IMG/VR virus record: IMGVR_UViG_3300028394_000035
Origin: a virus
Reading direction: 5' to 3' (one strand)
DNA length: 64,000 bases
Shown here: piece by piece, positions 37,779 to 47,797 of the stretch
Numbering within the stretch: the stretch's first letter is position 1
Layout of the letters: every line of letters begins with the position of its first letter
Made by a program: the position numbers and the translations under genes
The notes under the pieces: model-generated
Told to the model about the DNA's origin: nothing
The model's input: the letters and a program-made list of their open reading frames with translations, nothing else
Databases searched by the model: none

Positions 37779-39662
37779 ATGAAAAATAGTACTTTTAAAA
37801 ATTGGAGATTTACGACAGATATGATGATGTGTGATTATATTTTGTCCGAAGATCACGAACATTCAATGGCTAGAAGTGAAATTAAAGTAATTCAAAGTGC
37901 AATTAATAGATTGATGCAAAAATTAAAAGGTGAAGGAAATATTGAAGCCTGGGTGCAGTCAAAGATTACGAAGGCAGCAGATTATATTGATACTGCAGCA
38001 GATTATTTAGATAGTCAAGATAATAAAATAGAAGAACAAAATCAAGGACCTAGTAGTCCTGTTAAATCGTATTATCCACCTGAAGATAATCCAGGGGCAC
38101 CAATTATTATTGGACCTAATCGAGGAGCTGCAGGAATTAAATATCCAGTACGATACAAAACACCGTTAGCAACAAATACTCCAAACAAATCAAAGGTTCA
38201 AATGGCATCTTATGAACCAGAAGGTGATCAGATTGATGAGGTTTCTCTTCCAGGAACTGGTACTGTAATGGCACCGTCTGGTGGTGTACCATATGTGCAA
38301 AAAAAAGTATTAGGAGTGACTGTACCATTTAGTCAAAATATTGTATCTCCTTCTACTGGAGGTGTAAAAAAACCCAATCAATATAATCCTAATAATACCG
38401 AGTATTCTTCTACACAAGTTCAAAGATATAATGCTACTAAAAGTGCTCCTAGTGTATTGAAACCAAAAGAAGGAAATCCTGAGTTTGGATATACAAGTGT
38501 TTCTAAAACTCCAGAAAAACCACGTCCAAATTTTTTTAAAAAACCTGACATAACTTCAACTACAAAACCTGCAGAAAAACCAACACCTCCACCAACCACT
38601 GCTTCTGGTGCAATGGCTCAAGGACTTAAAGATGTACCAGTTTTAGGTGCAGTTGCTAATATTGCTAAAAAATATGATGATAAAGTTAATTATAGAAACC
38701 AACCTCCCGAAATAAGAAAACAAATGGGTCTCCAAAATTCTTATGATTTCGAAAGTGAGGTATTTGTTGAGGAAAAAAAAAATAATTGCAACGAAGAAGG
38801 TCTTCGTGATTGGTTTGGTAAGTCCAAATCAAAGGACGGAAAGTCTGGTTGGGTAAATGTAGTAACTGGCGGAACTTGTGCAAGTGATGAACCAGGAGAA
38901 GGAACTCCCAAGTGCGTTTCATCCTCAAAAAGAGCAAGTATGACTGATACAGAAAGAAAATCCGCAGCAAGAAGAAAGAAATTGGCAGATCCAGGACAAC
39001 AATCAAAATCTGGTGCAGCAAAACCAACTTATGTTGCTACTGATGTAAAGGAAGAATCGGATACAAAAACTAAAGGTAGTGGAACCAAAGATGCTTGTTA
39101 TACTAAAGTAAAATCAAGATATTCTGTCTGGCCTTCTGCCTATGCCTCGGGGGCTCTCGTAAAATGCCGTAAAGTTGGTGCTGCTAATTGGGGAACAAAA
39201 TCCGAAAGTACCAATTCGCTTGATGGTGATTGGCATACTCCAATTCGAGAAAGAGCAGATAGATATTGCCCAAAATGTGAAAAACTCGAAAGAAGAAGTG
39301 AATGCAAATACGGTTCAAGATATTGGGATATGTTTTCTTTACCAGCAGAGATAATTAGTTCAAAAAAAGATTATAATATAACAATGCCATATCCCGCAAA
39401 TGAGGAAACAAATATAGACGAAAACTATTTAAGAATACAAACTCGTGGATCTACATATACTATACTAATAAATTGGAGAGGAAAATATATAACAACTCAA
39501 ATGTTTTTCCAACAATTTACCAGACCAACAAAAACGGAAGTAACAAGAGAAATTAGAAAAGTTTATCCAAATGCAATTGTATTAGCATTTAATCCTTCAG
39601 CAAATGATCCAAACAAACCATTATTATTTACAGGAGAACCAAATGGACCCAAATCTTATTGA
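37779..39662 (+). CDS. Modular hypothetical protein (627 aa), putative internal head polyprotein
   Basis: Late promoter upstream; distinct modules separated by (I/L/V)xE-type linkers. Confidence 0.7.
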   Translation: MKNSTFKNWRFTTDMMMCDYILSEDHEHSMARSEIKVIQSAINRLMQKLKGEGNIEAWVQSKITKAADYIDTAADYLDSQDNKIEEQNQGPSSPVKSYYPPEDNPGAPIIIGPNRGAAGIKYPVRYKTPLATNTPNKSKVQMASYEPEGDQIDEVSLPGTGTVMAPSGGVPYVQKKVLGVTVPFSQNIVSPSTGGVKKPNQYNPNNTEYSSTQVQRYNATKSAPSVLKPKEGNPEFGYTSVSKTPEKPRPNFFKKPDITSTTKPAEKPTPPPTTASGAMAQGLKDVPVLGAVANIAKKYDDKVNYRNQPPEIRKQMGLQNSYDFESEVFVEEKKNNCNEEGLRDWFGKSKSKDGKSGWVNVVTGGTCASDEPGEGTPKCVSSSKRASMTDTERKSAARRKKLADPGQQSKSGAAKPTYVATDVKEESDTKTKGSGTKDACYTKVKSRYSVWPSAYASGALVKCRKVGAANWGTKSESTNSLDGDWHTPIRERADRYCPKCEKLERRSECKYGSRYWDMFSLPAEIISSKKDYNITMPYPANEETNIDENYLRIQTRGSTYTILINWRGKYITTQMFFQQFTRPTKTEVTREIRKVYPNAIVLAFNPSANDPNKPLLFTGEPNGPKSY

Positions 39663-39831
39663 ACTGACAAATCTAACTAAAATATTTGAATACGAAAAAA
39701 TTTCAAGGGATTTGAATGAATGTAAAGATATTGAGTCACTTAAAAACATTTGTAAGTGTTATGTGAAGTTATATTTTAAACAACAAGAGACATTAAGTTG
39801 TATTGGTTTAGGGCAGTTTAAGGGTGAATAA
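39643..39831 (+). CDS. 62-aa helical protein, NblA-like (start revised to ATG 39643)
   Basis: SD AGGAG at 39632-39636; MDPNLIELTNLTKIFEYEKISRDLNECKDIESLKNICKCYVKLYFKQQETL. Confidence 0.55.
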   Translation: MDPNLIELTNLTKIFEYEKISRDLNECKDIESLKNICKCYVKLYFKQQETLSCIGLGQFKGE

Positions 39832-39834
39832 ATA

Positions 39835-41484
39835 ATGAGTAACGACCAATATCTGGGTAATCCTCTATTAAAAAAGGCGAATACGCCAATAGAGTTTACC
39901 AAGGATCAAATTGAGCAATTTATAAAATGTAAAAAAGATCCTGTGTATTTTGCGAAAAACTACATAAAAATTGTTTCACTTGATCACGGTCTTGTGCCTT
40001 TTAATATGTACAAGTTTCAAGAAAAACTTATTAAGAATTTCCATGATCACAGATTTAACGTATGCAAAATGCCAAGACAGTCTGGTAAATCTACCACTGT
40101 CGTTTCTTATTTGCTTCATTACGCACTATTTAATGATAATGTCAATATTGCGATTCTTGCTAATAAAGCGTCTACTGCTAGAGACCTTCTTGGAAGACTT
40201 CAATTAGCATACGAAAACCTACCTAAATGGATGCAGCAGGGGGTTTTAATATGGAATAGGGGTTCATTAGAACTAGAGAATGGTTCAAAGATTCTTGCTG
40301 CCTCTACGTCTGCCTCTGCGGTGCGTGGTGGTTCTTATAATATCATCTTTTTGGACGAATTTGCATTCGTTCCTAACCATATTGCTGAAGATTTTTTCAG
40401 TTCTGTTTATCCTACCATATCTTCTGGACAATCTACCAAATTAATTATTGTTTCTACTCCTCACGGAATGAATCATTTTTATAAAATTTGGCATGATGCT
40501 GAAAGATCAAAAAATCAATACATTCCTACCGAAGTTCATTGGAGTGAAGTTCCTGGTAGAGATCAGGTATGGAAAAAACAAACAATAGAAAACACAAGCG
40601 AACAACAGTTTCAAGTTGAGTTTGAATGCGAGTTCTTGGGTTCTATTGGAACATTAATCAATCCATCAAAAATAAAAACTTTGGTTTATGATGAACCAAT
40701 CAAAAGAAGTGGGGGGTTAGATGTATACGAAAAACCGAAAGACGAGCATACTTATATAATGACAGTGGACGTTTCGAGAGGATTGAATAACGATTATTCG
40801 GCATTTGTTGTTTTTGATATATCAACCTTTCCTTATAAAATAGTAGCAAAATATAGGAATAATGAAATTAAACCAATGTTATTTCCAAATATAATTTTAG
40901 ATGTAGCAAAAGCATATAATAAATCATTTGTGTTAGCAGAAGTAAATGATATTGGAGAACAAGTTACGAGTATTCTTCATTTTGATTTAGAGTATGATAA
41001 TATTTTAATGTGTGCAATGAGAGGAAGAGCAGGGCAACTTGTTGGGCAAGGATTTTCTGGAAAGAAAACACAACTTGGCGTAAAGATGTCAAAAACAGTT
41101 AAAAGAGTTGGTTGTTCAAATCTAAAAACAATTATTGAAGACGATAAACTTATTTTTAATGACTATGAAATTATTAGTGAACTTACTACTTTTATTCAAA
41201 AAAATCAATCATTTGAAGCAGAAGAAGGATGCAATGATGATTTGGTAATGTGTTTAGTAATTTTTTCTTGGTTAGTTGTTCAAGATTATTTTAAAGAAAT
41301 GACAGAGAATGATGTTCGAAAAAGAATATACGAAGATCAAAAAGAACAAATAGAACAAGATATGTCTCCATTTGGATTTATTACTGATGGCCTAAATGAA
41401 GAAACTTCTTTTGTAGATAATGATGGGGACAGATGGCACACCGATGAATATGGTGATGTCTCATATATGTGGGAGTACAGATAA
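39835..41484 (+). CDS. gp17: Terminase large subunit gp17
   Basis: PRQSGKST Walker A, IIFLDEFAF Walker B, VDVSRG nuclease motif. Confidence 0.98.
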   Translation: MSNDQYLGNPLLKKANTPIEFTKDQIEQFIKCKKDPVYFAKNYIKIVSLDHGLVPFNMYKFQEKLIKNFHDHRFNVCKMPRQSGKSTTVVSYLLHYALFNDNVNIAILANKASTARDLLGRLQLAYENLPKWMQQGVLIWNRGSLELENGSKILAASTSASAVRGGSYNIIFLDEFAFVPNHIAEDFFSSVYPTISSGQSTKLIIVSTPHGMNHFYKIWHDAERSKNQYIPTEVHWSEVPGRDQVWKKQTIENTSEQQFQVEFECEFLGSIGTLINPSKIKTLVYDEPIKRSGGLDVYEKPKDEHTYIMTVDVSRGLNNDYSAFVVFDISTFPYKIVAKYRNNEIKPMLFPNIILDVAKAYNKSFVLAEVNDIGEQVTSILHFDLEYDNILMCAMRGRAGQLVGQGFSGKKTQLGVKMSKTVKRVGCSNLKTIIEDDKLIFNDYEIISELTTFIQKNQSFEAEEGCNDDLVMCLVIFSWLVVQDYFKEMTENDVRKRIYEDQKEQIEQDMSPFGFITDGLNEETSFVDNDGDRWHTDEYGDVSYMWEYR

Positions 41485-41495
41485 AATTGGTAATT

Positions 41496-41503
41496 TATAA
41501 ATA
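41496..41503 (+). promoter_or_regulatory. T4 late promoter TATAAATA
   Basis: Perfect consensus upstream of gp18. Confidence 0.75.
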
Positions 41504-41540
41504 CTTTTAGACAAAATGAAATTTCTTCAGAGGGAAAGAC

Positions 41541-43943
41541 ATGGCGGTAAATTTAGTATCTCCGGGCGTAAGGGTAAGGGAAGTCGATTTAACTATTGGA
41601 AGAATTGATGGCGTAAATGATCAAACTGGTGCAATTGTTGGTCCTTTTTCTCAAGGTCCAGTAGATTATCCAATTTTAATTGAAACAGAACAGGATTTGT
41701 TGAAATATTTCGGAAAACCATTATCTACCGATTCGCAATACGAATATTGGATGAGTGCTTCATCTTATCTTTCATATGGTGGTATTCTAAGAGTAGTTAG
41801 AACTGATGGATCAAATTTGAACAATTCAAATGCTGGCGTTTCAGCTGATTCCGTTACTCTTAAAATTAAATCTTATGAAGATTATACAAATAATTATTCT
41901 ACCGGGTCAACTTGGTATTATGGAGCAAAAAATCCAGGTTCTTGGGCAAATAATTTAAAAGTATGTGTAATTGACTCTGCCGCAGATCAAAGAGTTGCAA
42001 TTGGTACTTTTGGGTTATCGGTTGGTTTTGGTGTAACCGTTGGGGTTAATACTTCTCTTGCTGGAGTTGGATCTGCTTCAAATTTTACTGGATATTTAAG
42101 AGGAATTGTTACAAAAATTGGCAACCAAAACGTTGATGTAAAGGTTACTGATAGATACGATAATTCATCTGGTTTATCAACTAACGTATCATATTCACAA
42201 AATAGTATTAATTCTTTTCCTTCTCAATCTGGTTCTTATTTTTTCAAAACTACTTCGGGAGTTACTACATCGGTTGAAGCAAATAGATTTTTTGGTTCAG
42301 TAGGATCTGGTTCTACTGTTATTAATCCCGTATCTCTTACTCAAAATCTTCCAACTTCTGGGGTAACTGTTGGAAATCAAATTAGAACAATTACTGCAGG
42401 AATAGTAAACACTTCTACAATTGTTGGTCTTGGGACTACAACTGTTAATGGTGGCACACAAAATACAATTTTGATAAATTCTGCTTCGGCAGGAGTGGGA
42501 ACAAACGTTCAATTTGTTTCATTAGTTCCAGCAGGGACTGCATTTAACTTTGCATCAAGTGGTTCTGCTGCGATTACTGTTTCTGATTGGTATAATTTGC
42601 AAACATTAGGATTAACTAATTCTACAATATACTGGAAATCAATTGCCGAAAAACCATCTACTTCCCAATATGCATCAGAAAGAAATTCAAAAAATGATGA
42701 AATTCACGTATTAGTTGTCGATGATACTGGTAGCGTGACCGGGATTTCAGGAAATATTCTTGAAAAATATACACACCTTTCTAAGGCATTAGATGGCAAA
42801 ATATCTCCATCAGAAGTTGTATATTATAAAGATTTAATTGCAGATGTATCAAATTACATTTATGCCGGATTTGCTCCTACTGGTTCTGCTACTGATTTTA
42901 CAACATATACTGGTTATACCAATACAAGTACGGGAAACTGGGGCACTAATGCCCAAAGCACTTCATTTGCAGGAATTGGAAATGTAACTTACAATTTAAC
43001 TGGTGGTGTTGATTATAGTTCAACTGGGGGAATGGCACCGACATTTGGAGATATTATTTCATCTTATGAAATTTTCAGAAATCCTGCTGAGTATTCAATC
43101 AATTTTCTGATTAATGGTCCATCTAGTGGTGCTTCAATTTTTGAAGCACAGTCAAAAGCAAATACTTTAATTTCAATTGCCGAAGAAAGAAAAGATTGTA
43201 TAGCTGTTATTTCTCCATACAAATCTGGAGTATTGAACATCACAAGCACCGATACACAAACTACAAATATTATTAATTTCTTTGATCCCATAATATCAAG
43301 TTCCTATGCAGTTTTTGATACTGGATATAAGTATACATTTGATCGCTTCAATAATACATTTAGATACATACCTTGCAATGCAGATGTTGCTGGATTGATG
43401 GCTAGAACATCAATCAACCAATTCCCGTGGTTCTCTCCTGCTGGTTCTTCAAGAGGAGCAATTAGTAATGCTGTGAAACTTGCATACAATCCATCACAAG
43501 GTCAAAGAGACCTTCTATATCCAAAAAGAATTAATCCAATTATCTATTCACCTGGTTCTGGAATTATTCTTTTTGGTGACAAAACTGCTTTATCTTATGC
43601 TTCTGCATTTGATAGAATTAATGTTCGTCGTTTATTCCTTACGCTCGAAGAAACAATCGAAAGAGCAGCAAGAGCACAACTATTTGAGTTTAATGATGTA
43701 ATTACTAGATCCAATTTTATCAATATTGTCGAACCTTATCTTCGTGATGTAAAAGCAAAAAGAGGAATGAGTGACTTCTTAGTTATCTGTGATGAGACAA
43801 ATAATACTCCAGACATAATTGATGCAAATCAATTTAGAGCTGATATTTTCGTAAAACCAGCAAGATCTATCAACTTCATCGGTCTTACATTTGTTGCTAC
43901 TCGCACAGGTGTAAGTTTTGAAGAAGTCGTAGGCACAGTTTAA
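41541..43943 (+). CDS. gp18: Tail sheath protein gp18
   Basis: LVSPGVRVREVDLT, WFSPAG..RG, FDRINVRRLF. Confidence 0.98.
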   Translation: MAVNLVSPGVRVREVDLTIGRIDGVNDQTGAIVGPFSQGPVDYPILIETEQDLLKYFGKPLSTDSQYEYWMSASSYLSYGGILRVVRTDGSNLNNSNAGVSADSVTLKIKSYEDYTNNYSTGSTWYYGAKNPGSWANNLKVCVIDSAADQRVAIGTFGLSVGFGVTVGVNTSLAGVGSASNFTGYLRGIVTKIGNQNVDVKVTDRYDNSSGLSTNVSYSQNSINSFPSQSGSYFFKTTSGVTTSVEANRFFGSVGSGSTVINPVSLTQNLPTSGVTVGNQIRTITAGIVNTSTIVGLGTTTVNGGTQNTILINSASAGVGTNVQFVSLVPAGTAFNFASSGSAAITVSDWYNLQTLGLTNSTIYWKSIAEKPSTSQYASERNSKNDEIHVLVVDDTGSVTGISGNILEKYTHLSKALDGKISPSEVVYYKDLIADVSNYIYAGFAPTGSATDFTTYTGYTNTSTGNWGTNAQSTSFAGIGNVTYNLTGGVDYSSTGGMAPTFGDIISSYEIFRNPAEYSINFLINGPSSGASIFEAQSKANTLISIAEERKDCIAVISPYKSGVLNITSTDTQTTNIINFFDPIISSSYAVFDTGYKYTFDRFNNTFRYIPCNADVAGLMARTSINQFPWFSPAGSSRGAISNAVKLAYNPSQGQRDLLYPKRINPIIYSPGSGIILFGDKTALSYASAFDRINVRRLFLTLEETIERAARAQLFEFNDVITRSNFINIVEPYLRDVKAKRGMSDFLVICDETNNTPDIIDANQFRADIFVKPARSINFIGLTFVATRTGVSFEEVVGTV

Positions 43944-43962
43944 CACAAAGAGGTAACAAAAA

Positions 43963-44634
43963 ATGGCTACTAACTCCAATTCTTTTACTGGCGGATCCCA
44001 AACCCCAAATAGTAGAACTTTAAATGAGTTCAAAAGTAGAATGTCTGGGGGAGGAGTAAGATCTAATTTATTTGAATGCGAAATTACTTTTCCTTCTGAG
44101 GTTTATAGTGCGACTCATACTGGAAATCAAAGCGATCTTTCAGATAAAACTAGATTTTTAATTAAAGCAGCAAATCTTCCTGCATCTACTTTGGGTATTA
44201 TTGATATTCCATTTAGAGGAAGAAATCTTAAAATTGCTGGTGATCGCACATTTGATCCTTGGACGATTACTGTAATTAATGATAACGATTTCCACATTCG
44301 AAATGCTTTCGAAAGATGGATCAATTATATGAATAAAAACGAAGATGCTGCTGGAAAAATTGATCCGAATACTTATCAACAAGATGCAATTATATATCAA
44401 CTTGGAAGAGCAAACCTTACCGGTTCAACTCCAACAACTGATACTCAAATACCTATACTAAAACAGTATAAATTTTATGGGGTATTTCCAACTGCTATAA
44501 GTGCAATTGATGTTTCTTATGATTCTTCAGATACAATTGAAGAATTTACAGTAGATTTGCAAGTCCAATGGTGGGATGCTCTTGATAATACTGGTACTTC
44601 TCAACTTGGCACATCGAAACAAACAACACCATAA
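43963..44634 (+). CDS. gp19: Tail tube protein gp19
   Basis: PFRGR.LKIAGDRTFDPWTITVIND, IEEFTV. Confidence 0.97.
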   Translation: MATNSNSFTGGSQTPNSRTLNEFKSRMSGGGVRSNLFECEITFPSEVYSATHTGNQSDLSDKTRFLIKAANLPASTLGIIDIPFRGRNLKIAGDRTFDPWTITVINDNDFHIRNAFERWINYMNKNEDAAGKIDPNTYQQDAIIYQLGRANLTGSTPTTDTQIPILKQYKFYGVFPTAISAIDVSYDSSDTIEEFTVDLQVQWWDALDNTGTSQLGTSKQTTP

Positions 44635-44660
44635 ATAGTAGAAACTATTTTATTTTATTG

Positions 44661-46343
44661 ATGTCTAAGTTGTTTGGGTTCAAAATACAAGATACTGGAG
44701 TAGATAAGTCAAAAAAACTTGTTTCTCCAGTTCCTCCTAATGAAGAAGATAAATCTGATTATTACATTCAAAGTGGTTTTTATGGGCAATATGTAGATAT
44801 TGAAGGTGTTTATAAGAATGAACAAGATCTTGTAAAAAGATATCGTGAAATGGCTTTACACCCAGAATGTGATAGTGCGATTGAAGATGTCGTAAATGAA
44901 GCTATTGTATCAGATTTGAATGATTCACCAGTAGAAATCGAACTTTCAAATCTTCCAGCATCAGACAAATTAAAACAAATTATTCGTGATGAATTTAAAT
45001 CCATTAAAGAAATTATGGATTTTGATAGAAAAGCACACGAAATTTTTAGAAATTGGTACGTAGATGGAAAGATTTTTTACCATAAAGTAATTGACTTAAA
45101 AAATCCTTCTGCTGGAATTCAAGAAATTAGATATATTGATCCAATTAAAATTCGTTTTATTCGTAAGGCAGAACAAACTGGACAAAATGCAAATTTTCCA
45201 GCATCATCAAGTAGAAGTAACGAACCAATAGATATTCATCAAGCACCAAAAATAGAAGAATATTATCTTTATGATCCAAATTCTTCTATTGGATCAAGTG
45301 GATCAATCTCTTTTCGCAATGATGCAAAAAGTGTAAAAATTGCAAAAGATGCTATTACCTATGTAACATCAGGTCTTGTAGATCGAAATAAGCAAACTAT
45401 TTTATCTTATCTTCATAAATCAATTAAAGCACTCAATCAATTGAGAATGATTGAAGATAGCCTTGTGATTTATAGACTTTCTAGAGCACCAGAAAGAAGA
45501 ATATTTTATATTGATGTCGGCAATCTTCCAAAAATTAAAGCAGAACAATATCTTCGTGATGTGATGAATCGTTATCGAAATAAGTTAGTTTATAATGCAG
45601 ATACAGGAGAGATTAAAGATGATCGCAAATATATGGCTATGTTGGAAGATTTCTGGTTACCACGAAGAGAGGGTGGAAGAGGAACTGAAATTACTACACT
45701 TCCAGGCGGACAAAATCTTGGAGAACTTGCTGATATTGAATATTTTCAAAAGAAACTTTACAAATCGTTAAATGTACCTTCAAGTCGAATCGATGTTGGT
45801 GGTGGTGGTTTCAATCTTGGCCGTTCATCTGAAATTTTAAGAGATGAACTTAAATTTACTAGATTTGTAGGAAGACTTAGAAAAAGATTTTCAGAAGTCT
45901 TTAATGATATGCTAAAAACACAATTGATTTTGAAAAATATAGTTACACTACAAGATTGGGAAGTTTTGAGAGAGCATATTCAATATGATTATGTTTATGA
46001 TAATCATTTTTCGGATCTAAAAGAAAATGAACTTCGCAATGATCAACTTGGGGTTGTTGCTGCAATGGAACCTTATATTGGTAAATACTTTTCAGCACAA
46101 TACATCAGATCAAAAGTATTAAAGCAATCTGATGGACAAATGAAAGAAATTGATGCTCAAATTCAAAAAGAAATTAAAGAAGGAATTATTCCAGATCCAA
46201 ATCAACCAATTGACCCAACTACTGGAATGCCGATGCAATCTTCTCCCAACGAAATGAATTTAGGGCAACCAATAATGGAACCAGATTTAGAAAAACAAGG
46301 AAAAGCAGCAGAAATTGAAATGCCGAAAGGTGGAGAGATATAA
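44661..46343 (+). CDS. gp20: Portal protein gp20
   Basis: SYLHKSIKALNQLRMIEDSLVIYRLSRAPERRIFYIDVGNLPK. Confidence 0.98.
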   Translation: MSKLFGFKIQDTGVDKSKKLVSPVPPNEEDKSDYYIQSGFYGQYVDIEGVYKNEQDLVKRYREMALHPECDSAIEDVVNEAIVSDLNDSPVEIELSNLPASDKLKQIIRDEFKSIKEIMDFDRKAHEIFRNWYVDGKIFYHKVIDLKNPSAGIQEIRYIDPIKIRFIRKAEQTGQNANFPASSSRSNEPIDIHQAPKIEEYYLYDPNSSIGSSGSISFRNDAKSVKIAKDAITYVTSGLVDRNKQTILSYLHKSIKALNQLRMIEDSLVIYRLSRAPERRIFYIDVGNLPKIKAEQYLRDVMNRYRNKLVYNADTGEIKDDRKYMAMLEDFWLPRREGGRGTEITTLPGGQNLGELADIEYFQKKLYKSLNVPSSRIDVGGGGFNLGRSSEILRDELKFTRFVGRLRKRFSEVFNDMLKTQLILKNIVTLQDWEVLREHIQYDYVYDNHFSDLKENELRNDQLGVVAAMEPYIGKYFSAQYIRSKVLKQSDGQMKEIDAQIQKEIKEGIIPDPNQPIDPTTGMPMQSSPNEMNLGQPIMEPDLEKQGKAAEIEMPKGGEI

Positions 46344-46346
46344 ATA
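46339..46346 (+). promoter_or_regulatory. T4 late promoter TATAAATA
   Basis: Overlaps the gp20 stop codon. Confidence 0.65.
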
Positions 46347-46374
46347 GTTCTTAGTTATTATACATTATAAAAAT

Positions 46375-46578
46375 ATGGAAGATTTAGTAGATATGATTGT
46401 TACTGATGATTCCCCTTCACAAATTGCAGACAGAATTAAAGATATTCTGTTTGCAAAAAGTGCCGGAAGAGTAGAAGACGCAAAACCTTATGTTGCTTCT
46501 AGTCTTTTTGGTGAAGAGGATTCGGAGACATATGAAGAAGGTGATGACGAATACGAAGAAGATGAGGAAGAAGTCTAA
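46375..46578 (+). CDS. Small acidic prohead-core-like protein (gp67/68 position)
   Basis: Between gp20 and gp21; acidic tail. Confidence 0.6.
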   Translation: MEDLVDMIVTDDSPSQIADRIKDILFAKSAGRVEDAKPYVASSLFGEEDSETYEEGDDEYEEDEEEV

Positions 46579-47099
46579 TGGCTTTTAGAATTGTACAAAC
46601 AGTTAATGCTGTTAGTGTTTCTGCTGCAGCAACAACAACATCTAATGCAATTTCTCTTCAATCTGGATATCTTCGTGTTTCTTGTGGGTCAACTGCTGCT
46701 TATATTCAGATTTCTGAAAATCCAGTAGCAACTGCAAATGATTTTATGATTGTTCCAAATAGTGCTGATGTTTTGAAACAAAGAGTTGCAAGACAAAGAA
46801 TTTCAGGAATTACTACAGGAGCAACAACAGTTGTCGAATTTGGTGAAAATAACGGAAATCCATTTATAGTGGGTGATTATGTAACAATCTCTGGTGGTTC
46901 TCCCGCTGGAGTAAATACATCACATACACAAGTTACTGCGTCAAATGCATCATCAATTACACTAGGTTGGAATAGTTCCACTGTAACTGGAATTGCAGTC
47001 ACAAATGCAATTATATCTAGAAGTGTAAAAGTTTCTGTTTTTTCTCCCGCAGCAACAACTGTAAGTATTGCAGAAGTCCAAACCGCATCAGTAACCTAA
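46578..47099 (+). CDS. Conserved virion structural hypothetical protein
   Basis: ORF track; Ser/Thr/Ala-rich with predicted beta structure. Confidence 0.7.
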   Translation: MAFRIVQTVNAVSVSAAATTTSNAISLQSGYLRVSCGSTAAYIQISENPVATANDFMIVPNSADVLKQRVARQRISGITTGATTVVEFGENNGNPFIVGDYVTISGGSPAGVNTSHTQVTASNASSITLGWNSSTVTGIAVTNAIISRSVKVSVFSPAATTVSIAEVQTASVT

Positions 47100-47100
47100 A

Positions 47101-47751
47101 ATGAAACTCATCACAGAAGAAGTACAAAAAGTCAATTTCATCACTGAAGGAAGGGGTGCTTCCAAAAAAATGTTTATTGAAGGAACATTTCTTCAAGGTG
47201 GTGTTAAAAATCGTAACAATAGAGAATACCCAATCCATATTTTAGAACGTGAAGTGAACAGATATAATGAAACATTTGTTCAAAAAGGTCGTGCTCTTGG
47301 TGAACTTGGGCATCCTGATGGACCAACTGTAAATTTGGATCGTGTTTCTCATATGATTACTTCACTTGTTCGTGAAGGAAATAATTTTAAGGGAAGAGCA
47401 CAACTTTTATCTACACCAATGGGCAAAATTGCACAATCACTGATTGGCGAAGGTGTAACTCTTGGAGTTTCTTCTCGTGGTGTTGGTTCATTGCTCCAAA
47501 CAAATGAAGGACATAAAATTGTTGGTGAAGACTTTATGCTTGCAACTGCTGCTGATCTTGTTGCTGACCCATCTGCACCTGATGCATTTGTTCAGGGCAT
47601 TATGGAAGGTAAGGAATGGTGTTGGGATGGTGGAATTCTAAAAGAACAGGCAGCAAAAAAAACATACAAGAGAATCAATACTCTTGTAGATCAAAAAATT
47701 CTTGATGAACACAAAGTGAATTTATTTCAAGAATTTCTATCAAATCTTTAA
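47101..47751 (+). CDS. gp21: Prohead core protease gp21
   Basis: KNRNNREYP, RALGELGHP, LGVSSRG.GS, D.VADPSAPDAFV. Confidence 0.97.
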   Translation: MKLITEEVQKVNFITEGRGASKKMFIEGTFLQGGVKNRNNREYPIHILEREVNRYNETFVQKGRALGELGHPDGPTVNLDRVSHMITSLVREGNNFKGRAQLLSTPMGKIAQSLIGEGVTLGVSSRGVGSLLQTNEGHKIVGEDFMLATAADLVADPSAPDAFVQGIMEGKEWCWDGGILKEQAAKKTYKRINTLVDQKILDEHKVNLFQEFLSNL

Positions 47752-47753
47752 AT

Positions 47754-47761
47754 TATAAATA
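47754..47761 (+). promoter_or_regulatory. T4 late promoter TATAAATA
   Basis: Upstream of gp22-gp23. Confidence 0.75.
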
Positions 47762-47797
47762 AATATAGATTTAACATAGGTAAATCGGAGAGTTCAA

